Assembly (NCBI GenBank): GCA_002811645.1
Contig: PDIP01000044.1
Span: forward strand, 1 to 64,000
Direction: 5' to 3'
Origin: Corallochytrium limacisporum Hawaii
Lineage: Eukaryota > Protista > Pluriformea
Length of the DNA: 64,000 bases
The notes beneath the pieces were generated by a model, which saw nothing but the letters and a program-made list of their open reading frames with translations, was not told the origin of the DNA and searched no databases. This document shows, piece after piece, positions 54,325-64,000 of this stretch (its first letter is position 1; each line of letters starts with the position of its first letter). A program made the position numbers and the translations under genes.

Positions 54325-56682
54325 TCACGAGGATGATGCGGATTGCTTCAGAGACTGGAGTATGAGATCCATGCCCTTGTCTTCGGTCCTTCCCTTGTCA
54401 GAATCATTGGAAACGTTCTTCTCGTACACCTTCGGCCCTTTACCCTTCTTCTTCTTGCGATCACTCTCAGGTTCGCATTTCTTCGGTGCACCTGCGAAGA
54501 GGACGTCTATTTCGTTCTCCTCTCTCGCAGCCTTGGCCTTCTTGGCCGCTGGCATGTGAGATACGTGCTCGGAAGTATCCGCATTGTAGCGCTTGCGCCT
54601 CTCTCCGTCACGTACCTCGCGCGCCCAATTTTCACGGCTGCGGGTGTAAGTTGGCAGTCGATAGTTCTGGGATAGAAACTTGCCGTGTCGAGTGCTCTGC
54701 AGCTGGTTCAGCTCTGGTGCGAGAACCTTTGCCATCTCTTCCTTCTCGACCATGTCACTACTGTCCCAGAGAGCATCAAGCACATGAGAACCATACCTGT
54801 TCAATGCCAGCTCAAGCATGTGGGGCTTCAGTCTTTTGATCAGCTCCTTCCTAAGCGATTCACCTCGGTGCAGACCCTTGGGTCCAAGCATGGCCTCCAG
54901 CACGTGACTACCCTGCTTGTTAAACGCAAGAGCAATGAGTTCTTCTACGGGAAACCATTGGATATGCTGCAACACACGCATTCGGGGCACTTCAGAGAAA
55001 CGACAGAGGCTCTGTAGAATGAGACAGCCATTGATATCCATCTTCGCTCGTTCTTTAGCTAATGGCGTTGGCCAGGACGCAATGTGTTCATAGGGACGCA
55101 TATACATGATGGCAAACGGAATCAGCGAGTTGTCCGTCTGATCAACTTCCGCACCTTTGCTGCTCTCGGGCATTTTGGGGGAGAATTCGGATATCAAACC
55201 TTTCACAATGGTCTCTTGACAGGACGGCACCGATTCCGCATGGGCGCATAAGCGGCTCACTACGCCACTGCGACTGTGGAACAGGAGCTTGGGCAACACG
55301 TCCGAACTGCAAATGGTTTCGACCAGCTCCTTAAGAATCGATTCTCCTTGAAGATTGACAATGAATGTCTGCAGAACAAAATTCGCATTCGGATGCATAG
55401 CGTAGTCGGCAATCTTTCCTTCCTGCTTCAAAAATGTACCGTACAGTTGCTTCTGGGCCTTCTTGTCGAGGACTTCCATTACCTTCTGCATTACGTGGCT
55501 ACTAATTCTTCCTTTGATGAGCATGTCAAAGCGGTTGGCATCGCTGACTTCTTTGCCATTATGAAGGTCCAACCCGCACAAAACCCGCAAGAGTCCCTTC
55601 GCCAGCAAAGGGATGGAAGGGGGTGCACAGATCAAGCAAGAGCTGACCAGTGGTGCTCCCACAGTGTCTCCCGCCAGGTTGATCACCCGTTTCGCGTCCA
55701 AGGATTCATATAAGTTCTTTACATCAGCCTCGCTGGAGACTTCTTCCTTGCCAACCGGTCGGCCCAGCAAACACGTTGTGATGAGAGCGGCCGCCATTGG
55801 CTGAACCATGGGGTCTGCATAGCATCTTTCCGAGGCCTGTATATTAGCCATGTCCACTTGTGCATCGCTGTTGGCCTCCCGAAAGTCTCGGAACGACCCC
55901 TGTCGCCATTTGCGGCTGGACTGACTGCTCTGCAGATCCTGGGGCATTGCCATTCCGGCAGACACAAAGATCAAGGAACGCAAGACATGGTTCGCATAGG
56001 GATCTGCAATGAGGTCGTCAATTGCGACGGCCTTGGTTTCGTCGTCGGTGTCGGACTTGGTCATCATATCCAGGAAAGCTTGACTTGTGTCCGCAACCAA
56101 CTGCCGGTAGGTCCTCAGACCATGCTTGGCACCTTCCATTTCTTCACCCCGTTCCTCAAGGTCCATTTCGGTGTCCATAAATGTGGTGCTAAGATGCAGC
56201 AACGTCTGCAGAACGTGAGAACCGAACCGATCCGTGGCCATTTGCAGCAAGTGATCCATGATACGGTCAAGAAATACACGCAAGTGGAACCCAGAGCAGA
56301 GCTGCAAAACCTTCTCGATCACACGGCAGCAGTCTGGCTGACACGAGTAGTCGACTTCTCGGCCGTTGATCTGTTCCAAAACATTTTCCACCATAATAGT
56401 ACGATCTTCTTTGTCATCCAACACATTTTCCTCCGAAGTTCCATCGAGAAGTCGTTCAATACGCTTAAAGTACTCAATGTCTTCTTCGACAAGGTAGTTG
56501 CGTTGGAATCCCCAGGAATTTGGCTGACTTACATTCTGCTGACTCCGCGTGTCTTCATAGTATCCCAGGCCATCTTGACGCTGATCATTGTCATAGTCAG
56601 ACGCTCCTCCCAAAGGTTGAAGGTTAGGATTGTCGCGCGGTTGCTCCGGCCGGCGTCGTCCCTTTCCTGCGCGACGGCCCAT
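54325..56682 (-). CDS. NOP9: Nucleolar protein 9 (Pumilio-like repeats)
   Basis: EYFKRIE, DRFGSHVLQTLL, YANHVLRSL, SSHVMQK, HPNANFVLQ, GSHVLEA, NRYGSHVLDALW, KEEMAKVL. Confidence 0.88.
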   Translation of the reverse strand: MGRRAGKGRRRPEQPRDNPNLQPLGGASDYDNDQRQDGLGYYEDTRSQQNVSQPNSWGFQRNYLVEEDIEYFKRIERLLDGTSEENVLDDKEDRTIMVENVLEQINGREVDYSCQPDCCRVIEKVLQLCSGFHLRVFLDRIMDHLLQMATDRFGSHVLQTLLHLSTTFMDTEMDLEERGEEMEGAKHGLRTYRQLVADTSQAFLDMMTKSDTDDETKAVAIDDLIADPYANHVLRSLIFVSAGMAMPQDLQSSQSSRKWRQGSFRDFREANSDAQVDMANIQASERCYADPMVQPMAAALITTCLLGRPVGKEEVSSEADVKNLYESLDAKRVINLAGDTVGAPLVSSCLICAPPSIPLLAKGLLRVLCGLDLHNGKEVSDANRFDMLIKGRISSHVMQKVMEVLDKKAQKQLYGTFLKQEGKIADYAMHPNANFVLQTFIVNLQGESILKELVETICSSDVLPKLLFHSRSGVVSRLCAHAESVPSCQETIVKGLISEFSPKMPESSKGAEVDQTDNSLIPFAIMYMRPYEHIASWPTPLAKERAKMDINGCLILQSLCRFSEVPRMRVLQHIQWFPVEELIALAFNKQGSHVLEAMLGPKGLHRGESLRKELIKRLKPHMLELALNRYGSHVLDALWDSSDMVEKEEMAKVLAPELNQLQSTRHGKFLSQNYRLPTYTRSRENWAREVRDGERRKRYNADTSEHVSHMPAAKKAKAAREENEIDVLFAGAPKKCEPESDRKKKKGKGPKVYEKNVSNDSDKGRTEDKGMDLILQSLKQSASSS

Positions 56683-57254
56683 TTTTAGTGACCTTTCCTG
56701 ACAACCACGTACCGCCTTCTATGATTAACGAGACATTGCATAGTGTGACTTCAATAGTACACACAGTGCATGTTCCTCTGAGTTGATTATCCATTATGAT
56801 ATGCAGAAGGAGAAGCGGCCCTCAAATAGCAATGTACTTTTTTGCAGCATTGCAGAAGGTGTTGTGTGTGCGTGTATGCGTGTGCTCGTTTGGCCCACCA
56901 TTCCATCCGGCTTCCACGCGGGTCAGAGCTGAGAGGGAAAAAAATCCACAACGGGTCGAAAACAATTTGCAAATGGCCCAGCCCCCTCCCCCCCTCCCTC
57001 TGGGGAGCGGGCGGAGTTGGGACCTCTGTTGTGCTCAACTGCACGCACAGAATTTCCGGACATGGCGGCTTCGAAGTGAGCGAAAGCGAGTCCAAAGTTC
57101 ATCATGGTCCCAGGGCGATTGAACGAACCGCGGGAAGCACCAATATGACATTTATGCACGTATGGATAATTTATTGACGATGGATGATGTAGAGATGAAC
57201 GACTCATGAATTGGAGACTCATTCCCTTTAAGTTTTGGTGTGGGTCATTGTACT

Positions 57255-58976
57255 TTATGCACGAGACAAATCGCGACCAAAGAACAAAGATTTGGTCCAG
57301 TCTGTGGAGACACTCATGCGATTGCGCACACTCATCAGCTTTGTAAAGTATACACTGCGCCACATCATGAACGTGGCAAGACCACTGGAGATGTGCTGGT
57401 CTCCAAAGTCGGCCACGGCAGTATGATCTCCGATGTACGCAAAGGATCCGAAGTGGCGGTATTGAAAATCAGGTTCCTCCTCAAGGGCTTCCAGAAGCTC
57501 TTCCGTGGCCTTGTTCCGATCCGTAGTCCGAGCCTTTGTCCGATGGGCAAGGGTGTATTTGTTCAGAGGTTCCGCCAACCGATTCAATACCCGTCCCAAA
57601 TATTTTCCTTCTTGGCTGGCTACTTGAGCGGTTGGCGCAAGGCCGGCAAGGGCGCAGTCACCAATCGCAAACACCGGGCCGTGCTCCTGTAGATCCTGCT
57701 TGGAAGGCGTCACGGCCAAAAACTTGCCATTCACGGTCAGTCCTCGGATGTGAGCCTTGGGATTTTTGGCTAAGTCTTGATGCAATAACTTGGCCAGCTT
57801 GACAGTCACCGGTCTTGCAGCAACTCCACTTGCCCAAATAAATGCGCCATAGGGAATGTAGTCCTCCGTGTCTTTGACCTCACCGTTCTTGATTTCGCGT
57901 TTAGCAAGGTAAATGTTTTCGCTGTCAACCTTCACAACTTTGGAATTTGTCAAAACTTCGATCTTACCAATCTTTTCCAATTGGTTTTGCGTGTACTGAA
58001 TGAGGTGCTCCTCAAACATGCCGAGTACTTTCGGTGCAGCTTCCACCAGAGTGATCTTTGTGTAGGGCGCAAGATCCTTGAATGCAGTGCTCAAGTCGTT
58101 CTTGATAAAGTCACTTAATTCCGCAGCAGTCTCCACACCTGTTGGACCACCTCCTACTACAACAAACTGAAGAAGCTGTCGCTTTTCTTCTTCGGTGACA
58201 TGTGGTAGATTCGCTCTCTCAAACATGTCCATGATCCGACCACGTACGCGCTTGGCATCCGGAAGCTCCTTCATAAAGAGAGCATGGTCCTTCACTCCAG
58301 AGATATTGAAAGTTGCAGGCTGCATACCCACTGCCGTGACCAGAATATCATAGTCAATCTCAAACTCCTCTTCGGCATGTTTACTGCTCTTGCTGACTAC
58401 CTCTTTCGAGTCTTTCCCCGTAGTCGTGCGCTTCAACTTCAACTTGCGTGATTTTGTGTCGACGTCGATGCATTCTGCCTCTATGAACTGAGCATTGTCA
58501 GCATCAGAGCGGCTACAGTACTTCCGGATGGGTTCAATGATTGAACGAGGTTCAATTGTACCACTCGTTGTTGACGGCAGTAGTGGGGTGAACAGGAAGT
58601 AGTTCCGGGGAGACACGATGGTCACCCTAAATTTGTCCGTGTGCAACTTCCGCAGCATAGACATGGCACCCCAGCCAGTCCCTAAGATAACCAAGCGAGG
58701 TCTCCGCTCAGTTTCTTGGGGATGAAGACGAGGACGGAACTTGTCCGTGACCAGATCAAAGTCGTCATTAATTGTACTGTCAACGACGTAAAAGACGACC
58801 AGACCAGTGCCAGCGAGAAGAAATCCTTGCATTCCCCGGTGCAACATTGTTTTGGTGGGTCGACCTTTGATGTCATAGCTGTTGCTCATGAGACGTGTTG
58901 CGTTCAGGTACGGTTGCCACCGCTGGGCAACAACCCGTCGTCCTACAGACAACGCTTTACTCAGGCTCCCGAGCAT
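57255..58976 (-). CDS. Type II (alternative) NADH:ubiquinone oxidoreductase, mitochondrial
   Basis: Presequence-like N-terminus, hydrophobic segment, LVILGTGWG, SPRNYFLFTPLLPS, VVVGGGPTGVE, FAIGDC, PTAQVASQEGKYL, FFGRDLS. Confidence 0.95.
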   Translation of the reverse strand: MLGSLSKALSVGRRVVAQRWQPYLNATRLMSNSYDIKGRPTKTMLHRGMQGFLLAGTGLVVFYVVDSTINDDFDLVTDKFRPRLHPQETERRPRLVILGTGWGAMSMLRKLHTDKFRVTIVSPRNYFLFTPLLPSTTSGTIEPRSIIEPIRKYCSRSDADNAQFIEAECIDVDTKSRKLKLKRTTTGKDSKEVVSKSSKHAEEEFEIDYDILVTAVGMQPATFNISGVKDHALFMKELPDAKRVRGRIMDMFERANLPHVTEEEKRQLLQFVVVGGGPTGVETAAELSDFIKNDLSTAFKDLAPYTKITLVEAAPKVLGMFEEHLIQYTQNQLEKIGKIEVLTNSKVVKVDSENIYLAKREIKNGEVKDTEDYIPYGAFIWASGVAARPVTVKLAKLLHQDLAKNPKAHIRGLTVNGKFLAVTPSKQDLQEHGPVFAIGDCALAGLAPTAQVASQEGKYLGRVLNRLAEPLNKYTLAHRTKARTTDRNKATEELLEALEEEPDFQYRHFGSFAYIGDHTAVADFGDQHISSGLATFMMWRSVYFTKLMSVRNRMSVSTDWTKSLFFGRDLSRA

Positions 58977-59695
58977 TGTGTTTCATCCACTATAATTGAT
59001 CCAACACTGTCGAAGACAGCAATATTCTGGCATTTCAACTACAAATGACTGGCAATATGTGAAACTTAATTAAGTACCATTTTCCTTCCAGGCCGGTGTG
59101 CCAACTGGCACTGCAAGGTAGCCACACCCGTTATATGGTTTCTCATATCCCCATGCCCGCCCTGCTCACCCCGCCGAGATCACATCACCCACCCACGCAA
59201 TACTCTCACTATTGTGTCACTATTCGAACAGCACCCTTATCGGGGCAAGAAGACACGTTCGCAAGCCCTCCTTGGCTACGACTGCAATGGCCATAGAATA
59301 TTCATTTAGAATCAATGAGTTTGATTCCTAAATCTAAACAATTTAACGAAGGGGACAGGCCGACACAAGAGCATCATCCAAAGTTTGGTTACGTACGCAT
59401 GATTGAGCATCGAAGTCTCCAGATAACCACATGCTTCATCTGTGGCCAAGAATCGAGTTTCTTGGTACAGTTACTATCGGCATGCAGAGGACCCTAATCA
59501 ACACATGGTCTACTCGTAAGACCGGCAAAATCATTGGCATCGGTGAACACGACGTGTTTGCACATGTTATTTGCTATGGCGAATGGGCATCAAAGGACCG
59601 GCGCCGACGAGCTTGACAAAGTAAATTGTAGGGCGTAGCGGTCGGCTGCGAGTACAACTGAGGGGAGGTATATCTACTTATAGGTCAATACCGTC

Positions 59696-60740
59696 ATGTC
59701 AACTCCCTTAATTGCATATCTGGACGGCCCGATTGAAGACCTCAAGCCACCAGATCGGAGTTTGGGTAGTTCTTGAAGACTGGTTTTACTTGCTGTTCGT
59801 GCATATTGCCCGCACTTGGAAGCGACATAAGCGGCGCAGGGTAGATTAATATTTATAATTGATTGTAACATAGTACGCAATGTTGTGTGACACCATATTG
59901 GCAAATCACAAAGGCATCGAATCTTGATTGTAATTTTAGCGGCTGGAGTTTCGGGGTTGCGATTTGCTTCTGTGATCAAGGCAGGGGACTTAACTTTAAT
60001 CAATAACAATTGCCCATGGCACATTGTAGATTCAAGCTTGCGCGATTGGGGGGTGGCTTAGGGGCCCGTGCCCTCGGAAGTACGAGTGTTAGCGCCAGGA
60101 CGTGGTGAAAAAATATCTCAATTGGGAAAGAGGGAGGGGTATACTGTTCGCCAAGACTGTTCAACCCCGCCCAACCACTATTATCAATGAGTCAGTAGTC
60201 CCTCTTTATTTCTCACAGTGCAAATGGCTGGTGGTCATAGGTATGAAAACGGGTAAGTGCATACCTTTGCGTGAGTGATTCGGTCTAGCGCCACACCGTT
60301 GGTACGGCTCAAGTTGAACAGTATCTCCCCTCTGGCCCGATTGGAGGTGTATGCTATATCCAGATGAATGAGTAAGTGAAGCATTAGGTTGAGGAGACTT
60401 AGAGATGCCACACGTGTTTCTACTTTTAGACCAGTGAGTTGCCGTGCCTTGACATGAGCACTATCCTCACAAAGTGGTCTCAACCAGCGACTACTGCCAA
60501 CCTAGCGACAGTTCCGCGTGCTGAAGTCCACATCGGCCAATGGGTTAAGGGAACCGTCTCTGATGCTAGGCAAATCGGTCTACAAAGATGCCCGATCGCA
60601 GAATTGGGCCATGGAGGGTTGGAAAGCCACTGCGCGTGGTTATTCTGAAGGGGTTCACCGGGGTATGGAGTTGAACTGGATGGTGTTTGTGAGCTGTTTC
60701 GGCGGACATGCACGCACGTCTGGGGGCTGGTCTGAAAATG
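59696..60740 (+). pseudogene. Probable decayed Rieske [2Fe-2S] plus DUF455 (ferritin-like) fusion gene
   Basis: Ordered motif remnants with stops and indels: GPIEDLKP, AVRAYCPHLEAT*, CPWH, LARLEVYAI, ALG*GDL..H, R(G)LD, AEVHIGQW, FGGHARTSGGWSE. Confidence 0.5.
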
Positions 60741-62730
60741 CACATAAAACTCTTTCGCTCTTTTTCACTTTGAAGAATTCCTTAACCGCACCATAATCTC
60801 GACCCCCCGGGAGGACCCCCGGGGGGGGGGGGCGCGACTATGTCTAGCGCGATGAAGCAGGATCCGGTCCCGGATCGCTCTTGATCTTGTCCTTGTTTTG
60901 TCAACAAACGACAGGTTAGGTTCAAGGCACGATACGCTCTGCAACGTGTCTGGGTCTTATTGACAAAGCGATACTTATGCGGGTGGGACTGTGAATCGCT
61001 CAGTAGTTGCACATTCACCGAAACCACAACTGCGATGTCGGTCCAGAAAGAGGAAACTTCCGGCAAACACCACTTATAGTAGAACAGTTGGGGGCTGTTC
61101 TAGATCATGATAGAGCACAGCCGTGATTGGGTCCTTCTTGAACTGGGATGGTGTCGGTCGCTTACAATTTCATATCAGATGCAATGTCGTTTGGTACAGA
61201 TAGATCTAAACAAACATGACTTTGACAGATGCGGTTTCCAACCAGATGAGAGCGCAAGAGACTCTCGACAACGTCATAAGAATACTACCCCTTGGATCAG
61301 GGTGTACCAGCGTTTGTCAAACCCGCAGAAGTATGATACAGGTCCAGCACCTTTTTACCGACCTGATGTATTCCTCTGTGTGCTGCTGTCGGGTGCCATA
61401 TCAGACCTCGTGGTCTCCGAAGCACAGGCGAGAAGAACGAAGGTTTAGCATGATTGTTCCCCGTTCACTCGTAATATCTTAATACGTAGGTAGGTTCATG
61501 ACAGGTTGACACCTGGGGCCTCACATATTTCGATTTGAGAATCATCTGCTTTGCGTCTGAGTCCTTCAAGCGACAACATTTTCTGGAGATATTTTAGTAG
61601 TGTAAGAGGGGATTTCAACTTCGTTCTATAATCAAAAATACAGCAATCAAGTAGATCAAAATTCGAAACCAGCTCCGGCACCGGCCGCGATCTGTAGTAA
61701 TTGAAAGTATGAAAAACTGCAATTAAATTTCCGGACATCCCATGTGTTCAATGAGACAGCGGTTCTCAATAACTGGCAACAGTACCACCTTACACCGGTG
61801 ACAGAAACCGAAGCCTTCATGCTGAAGTAGATGCAAGAGTGCAATCGAGCCAATGTTAGGGTTCTAGTCAGACGCTGTTTAGGATCTATTGATCTCTATG
61901 GCTGTACCAGAGACATGGTAGGAGAGTTGGAGGATGAAATAGTTGAGAGTGACGCACGAAGAGTCGAGAGTGACGCGAGCAGCACTGGGAGGATACGATG
62001 GGCCCTGTTGTGGTGAAGTTTGTAAGACGCAAAAATCCGCTTCTTCAAGGCCCTAGTTACACAACAAATTGAATCGCACTGGAACCTTGTACCTATACAC
62101 ATTGTATAGGGTCCGCAATAGGTCATGACAGGCAGTTACTCTTAGGGTAGGCATCTCTGTTTATCGAAACAATTCCTACAATAAATGGACGGGGTCCAAT
62201 CGGAATTACCAAATGAACTCCAAAGAGACGACTGGAAGACCTGGTGGAGTAGAGTGAAAGAAGACTGAGAGTGCACCGCTCACAAACCAAGAACATCTTT
62301 TGGACTCTCTCTATCTCGGTGCGAGAGAGATACAGCGATTGGCAGAATATTGGACTGTTTGCGTATGCATATGCTTATTAGGACCACAGCAGTTTCCGAT
62401 GTATATATAAAGACGTTGAGTTGGAGGAAACGAGGAGGAGAGGATACACATGTCTGATACTTCCGGCCGGTGTAGAAACACGAAATTGTGCAGGCAGGAT
62501 GCACGAGCCGAATGGGGAAGGGGAAAAGCTCCAAGGGATGGAAACCGCCGGCACTGACGACCTCCGCTGGCGCCTTCTTCCGAAGTCTATTCTGCAGTCT
62601 GTACGCATTTGTGCAAACTTCTCCAAGTAGGCACGCATTCTTTGGTTCTTCCTCGTTAACAAACTCCACCATGGAGAGATTCCATTGAAAAGTCTGCTCA
62701 ACTGGTGAAATTATCTTTGGGTTATCAAGG

Positions 62731-62738
62731 TATAAAAG
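62731..62738 (+). promoter_or_regulatory. Candidate TATA box of the GH55 gene
   Basis: TATAAAAG about 50 bp upstream of the first in-frame ATG (62782). Confidence 0.45.
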
Positions 62739-62853
62739 GAGCCAGTGTTGCTGTAGCTATGCGAAAAGAATCCCAGTGAACATGACCTTGAATACCAGAT
62801 CTAAAGATCTTGAGTGCCTGCTCATACTTCCTACTCTATCTACTGGTTTGAAA

Positions 62854-64000
62854 ATGCCTGCCCTATCTGAAACATTTTCGCCCTCTAAGAGGTCCTTCTT
62901 TGCCTTGACAGCTCTGCTAGGCCTTGCAAGCCACAGTGTTGTGGCGCAAGATCCAGACCCTAACTCAGGCCCTGTCACAAACCCCGTTGTCTGCGATGTA
63001 CAATTCACCGATGAAGCCTTTGGAGACGCCAACGTGTGTGTTTTCGACACCGGCATGAACAAGGATCAGATTCAGGAACAAATTACTAACATCTACAACC
63101 AACAGCGTCTCAACCAATTCGGTGGGGAGCGTTATGTACTGGCTTTCAAGCCAAATAACGATGGCACCGTTGCCCAGTATGAGTTGGACATCAGAGTTGG
63201 CTATTATACTCAAGTTATTGGTTTGGGCCAGAGCCCGGACGAGGTTCAAATTGTCGGAGCCATTCGCACCCAGGATGCCCCACCCGAAGACCCTGAGCAT
63301 CCTGATACTCAGCCTGGCGCTTTGGACAATTTCTGGCGAGCGGTTGAGAACATTAGCATTCTTCCTCGTCAGGGCTCGATTTGTTTCCCTGCAGCCACGG
63401 AGACGGATGGTGTGTATAATGGAGAAAACGTCTGGGCTGTATCTCAAGCCGCACCCCTAAGACGCATTCATGTTGCAAACAGTGACGATGGTCCAGGGAA
63501 TTTGCGCCTATTTGATATTGCCTTTTCCAGTGGTGGCTATATAGCCGACTCAGTGGTAGATGGCTACATTGAATCAGGCTCCCAGCAGCAGTTTTTCACT
63601 CGTAGCTGCTCTTTTTCGGAATGGAGAGACCCCAATTGGAACATGGTGTTCTTGGGGGTGGGAGAGCCGAATCTGAGCCCACCAATGTTTCCTCAAAGTG
63701 ATGCTTGGGATGACTTCCCATATACTAATGCAGGATCCTATACCTCAAGCTTTAGGCAAAAGCCTTTCCTGACATACAGTGACAGTGATAGCGCTTTTGA
63801 AGTCGTGGTGCCGCCGTTGCAAGCAGCATCAGACATTGGCACCTCCATTGATGCCATTCAACAGTCCTGGACACAAAACGACTCCATTCACATGGCACTC
63901 AGTGACTTCTTCATTGCCAATCCAGAGGATGCTACTGAGGATATTCAAAGTGCCTTGGACAATGGCCAGAATATCTTGTTCCTTCCCGGAACGTTCCATC
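62854..64000 (+). CDS. Secreted exo-beta-1,3-glucanase, bacterial-type GH55; partial, runs off the window end
   Basis: Manual translation, open to 64000: signal peptide FFALTALLGLASHSVVA, QFGGERYVLAFKP, VGYYTQVIGLG, NFWRAVEN, WAVSQAAPLRRIHV, SSGGYIADS, SQQQFFTR, WNMVFLG, QKPFL, LFLPGTFH. Alternative in-frame ATG at 62782. Confidence 0.9.
   Translation, partial: MPALSETFSPSKRSFFALTALLGLASHSVVAQDPDPNSGPVTNPVVCDVQFTDEAFGDANVCVFDTGMNKDQIQEQITNIYNQQRLNQFGGERYVLAFKPNNDGTVAQYELDIRVGYYTQVIGLGQSPDEVQIVGAIRTQDAPPEDPEHPDTQPGALDNFWRAVENISILPRQGSICFPAATETDGVYNGENVWAVSQAAPLRRIHVANSDDGPGNLRLFDIAFSSGGYIADSVVDGYIESGSQQQFFTRSCSFSEWRDPNWNMVFLGVGEPNLSPPMFPQSDAWDDFPYTNAGSYTSSFRQKPFLTYSDSDSAFEVVVPPLQAASDIGTSIDAIQQSWTQNDSIHMALSDFFIANPEDATEDIQSALDNGQNILFLPGTFH

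Noticed and set aside
1-64000. Alternative genetic code, stop readthrough, selenocysteine, inteins, CRISPR, tRNA/rRNA
   Set aside because: Conserved genes translate cleanly with the standard code using all three stops, and no supporting motifs were seen by eye

Overview
Compact, almost intron-free eukaryotic genomic DNA. About 21 protein-coding genes are recognisable, and I can support only one coding-region intron. The gene set is animal-like (class IIa HDAC, SET3/KMT2E, ROGDI, IQCG/DRC9) but also includes NDH-2 and a peroxisomal citrate synthase. This suggests a unicellular holozoan; Corallochytrium-like is my inference and is unverified. Gene order: membrane kelch protein(+), peroxisomal citrate synthase(+), PQ-loop(-), class IIa HDAC(-), OST3/6(+), COX19(-), INO80E-like(-), IQCG with damaged 5' end(+), CHD1(+), PHD-SET(-), COX17(+), two-exon PGGT1B(-), SGF29(+), ROGDI(-), bacterial-type GST(+), DCX-bHLH-Zip-PAS factor(-), 6.5 kb gene-free microsatellite region, POLR3B(-), translin(+), NOP9(-), NDH-2(-), a probable decayed Rieske/DUF455 pseudogene(+) and a secreted bacterial-type GH55 glucanase(+) running off the window end. 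COX17, PGGT1B exon 2, GH55 and the pseudogene are absent from the ORF track. The most interesting items are: a class IIa HDAC with an HDAC7-like MEF2-binding helix, a catalytic Tyr and an unexpected chromo-barrel domain; a DCX-bHLH-Zip-PAS transcription factor with a large upstream region; an INO80E/INO80D-type fusion; a single 3' intron separating off a catalytic zinc ligand; and two likely bacterial transfers. Upstream intergenic regions are rich in homopolymers and flank four N-gaps, so base accuracy there is doubtful. All family assignments come from motifs recalled from memory; no database searches were run. No tRNA, rRNA, CRISPR array or intact mobile element was found.
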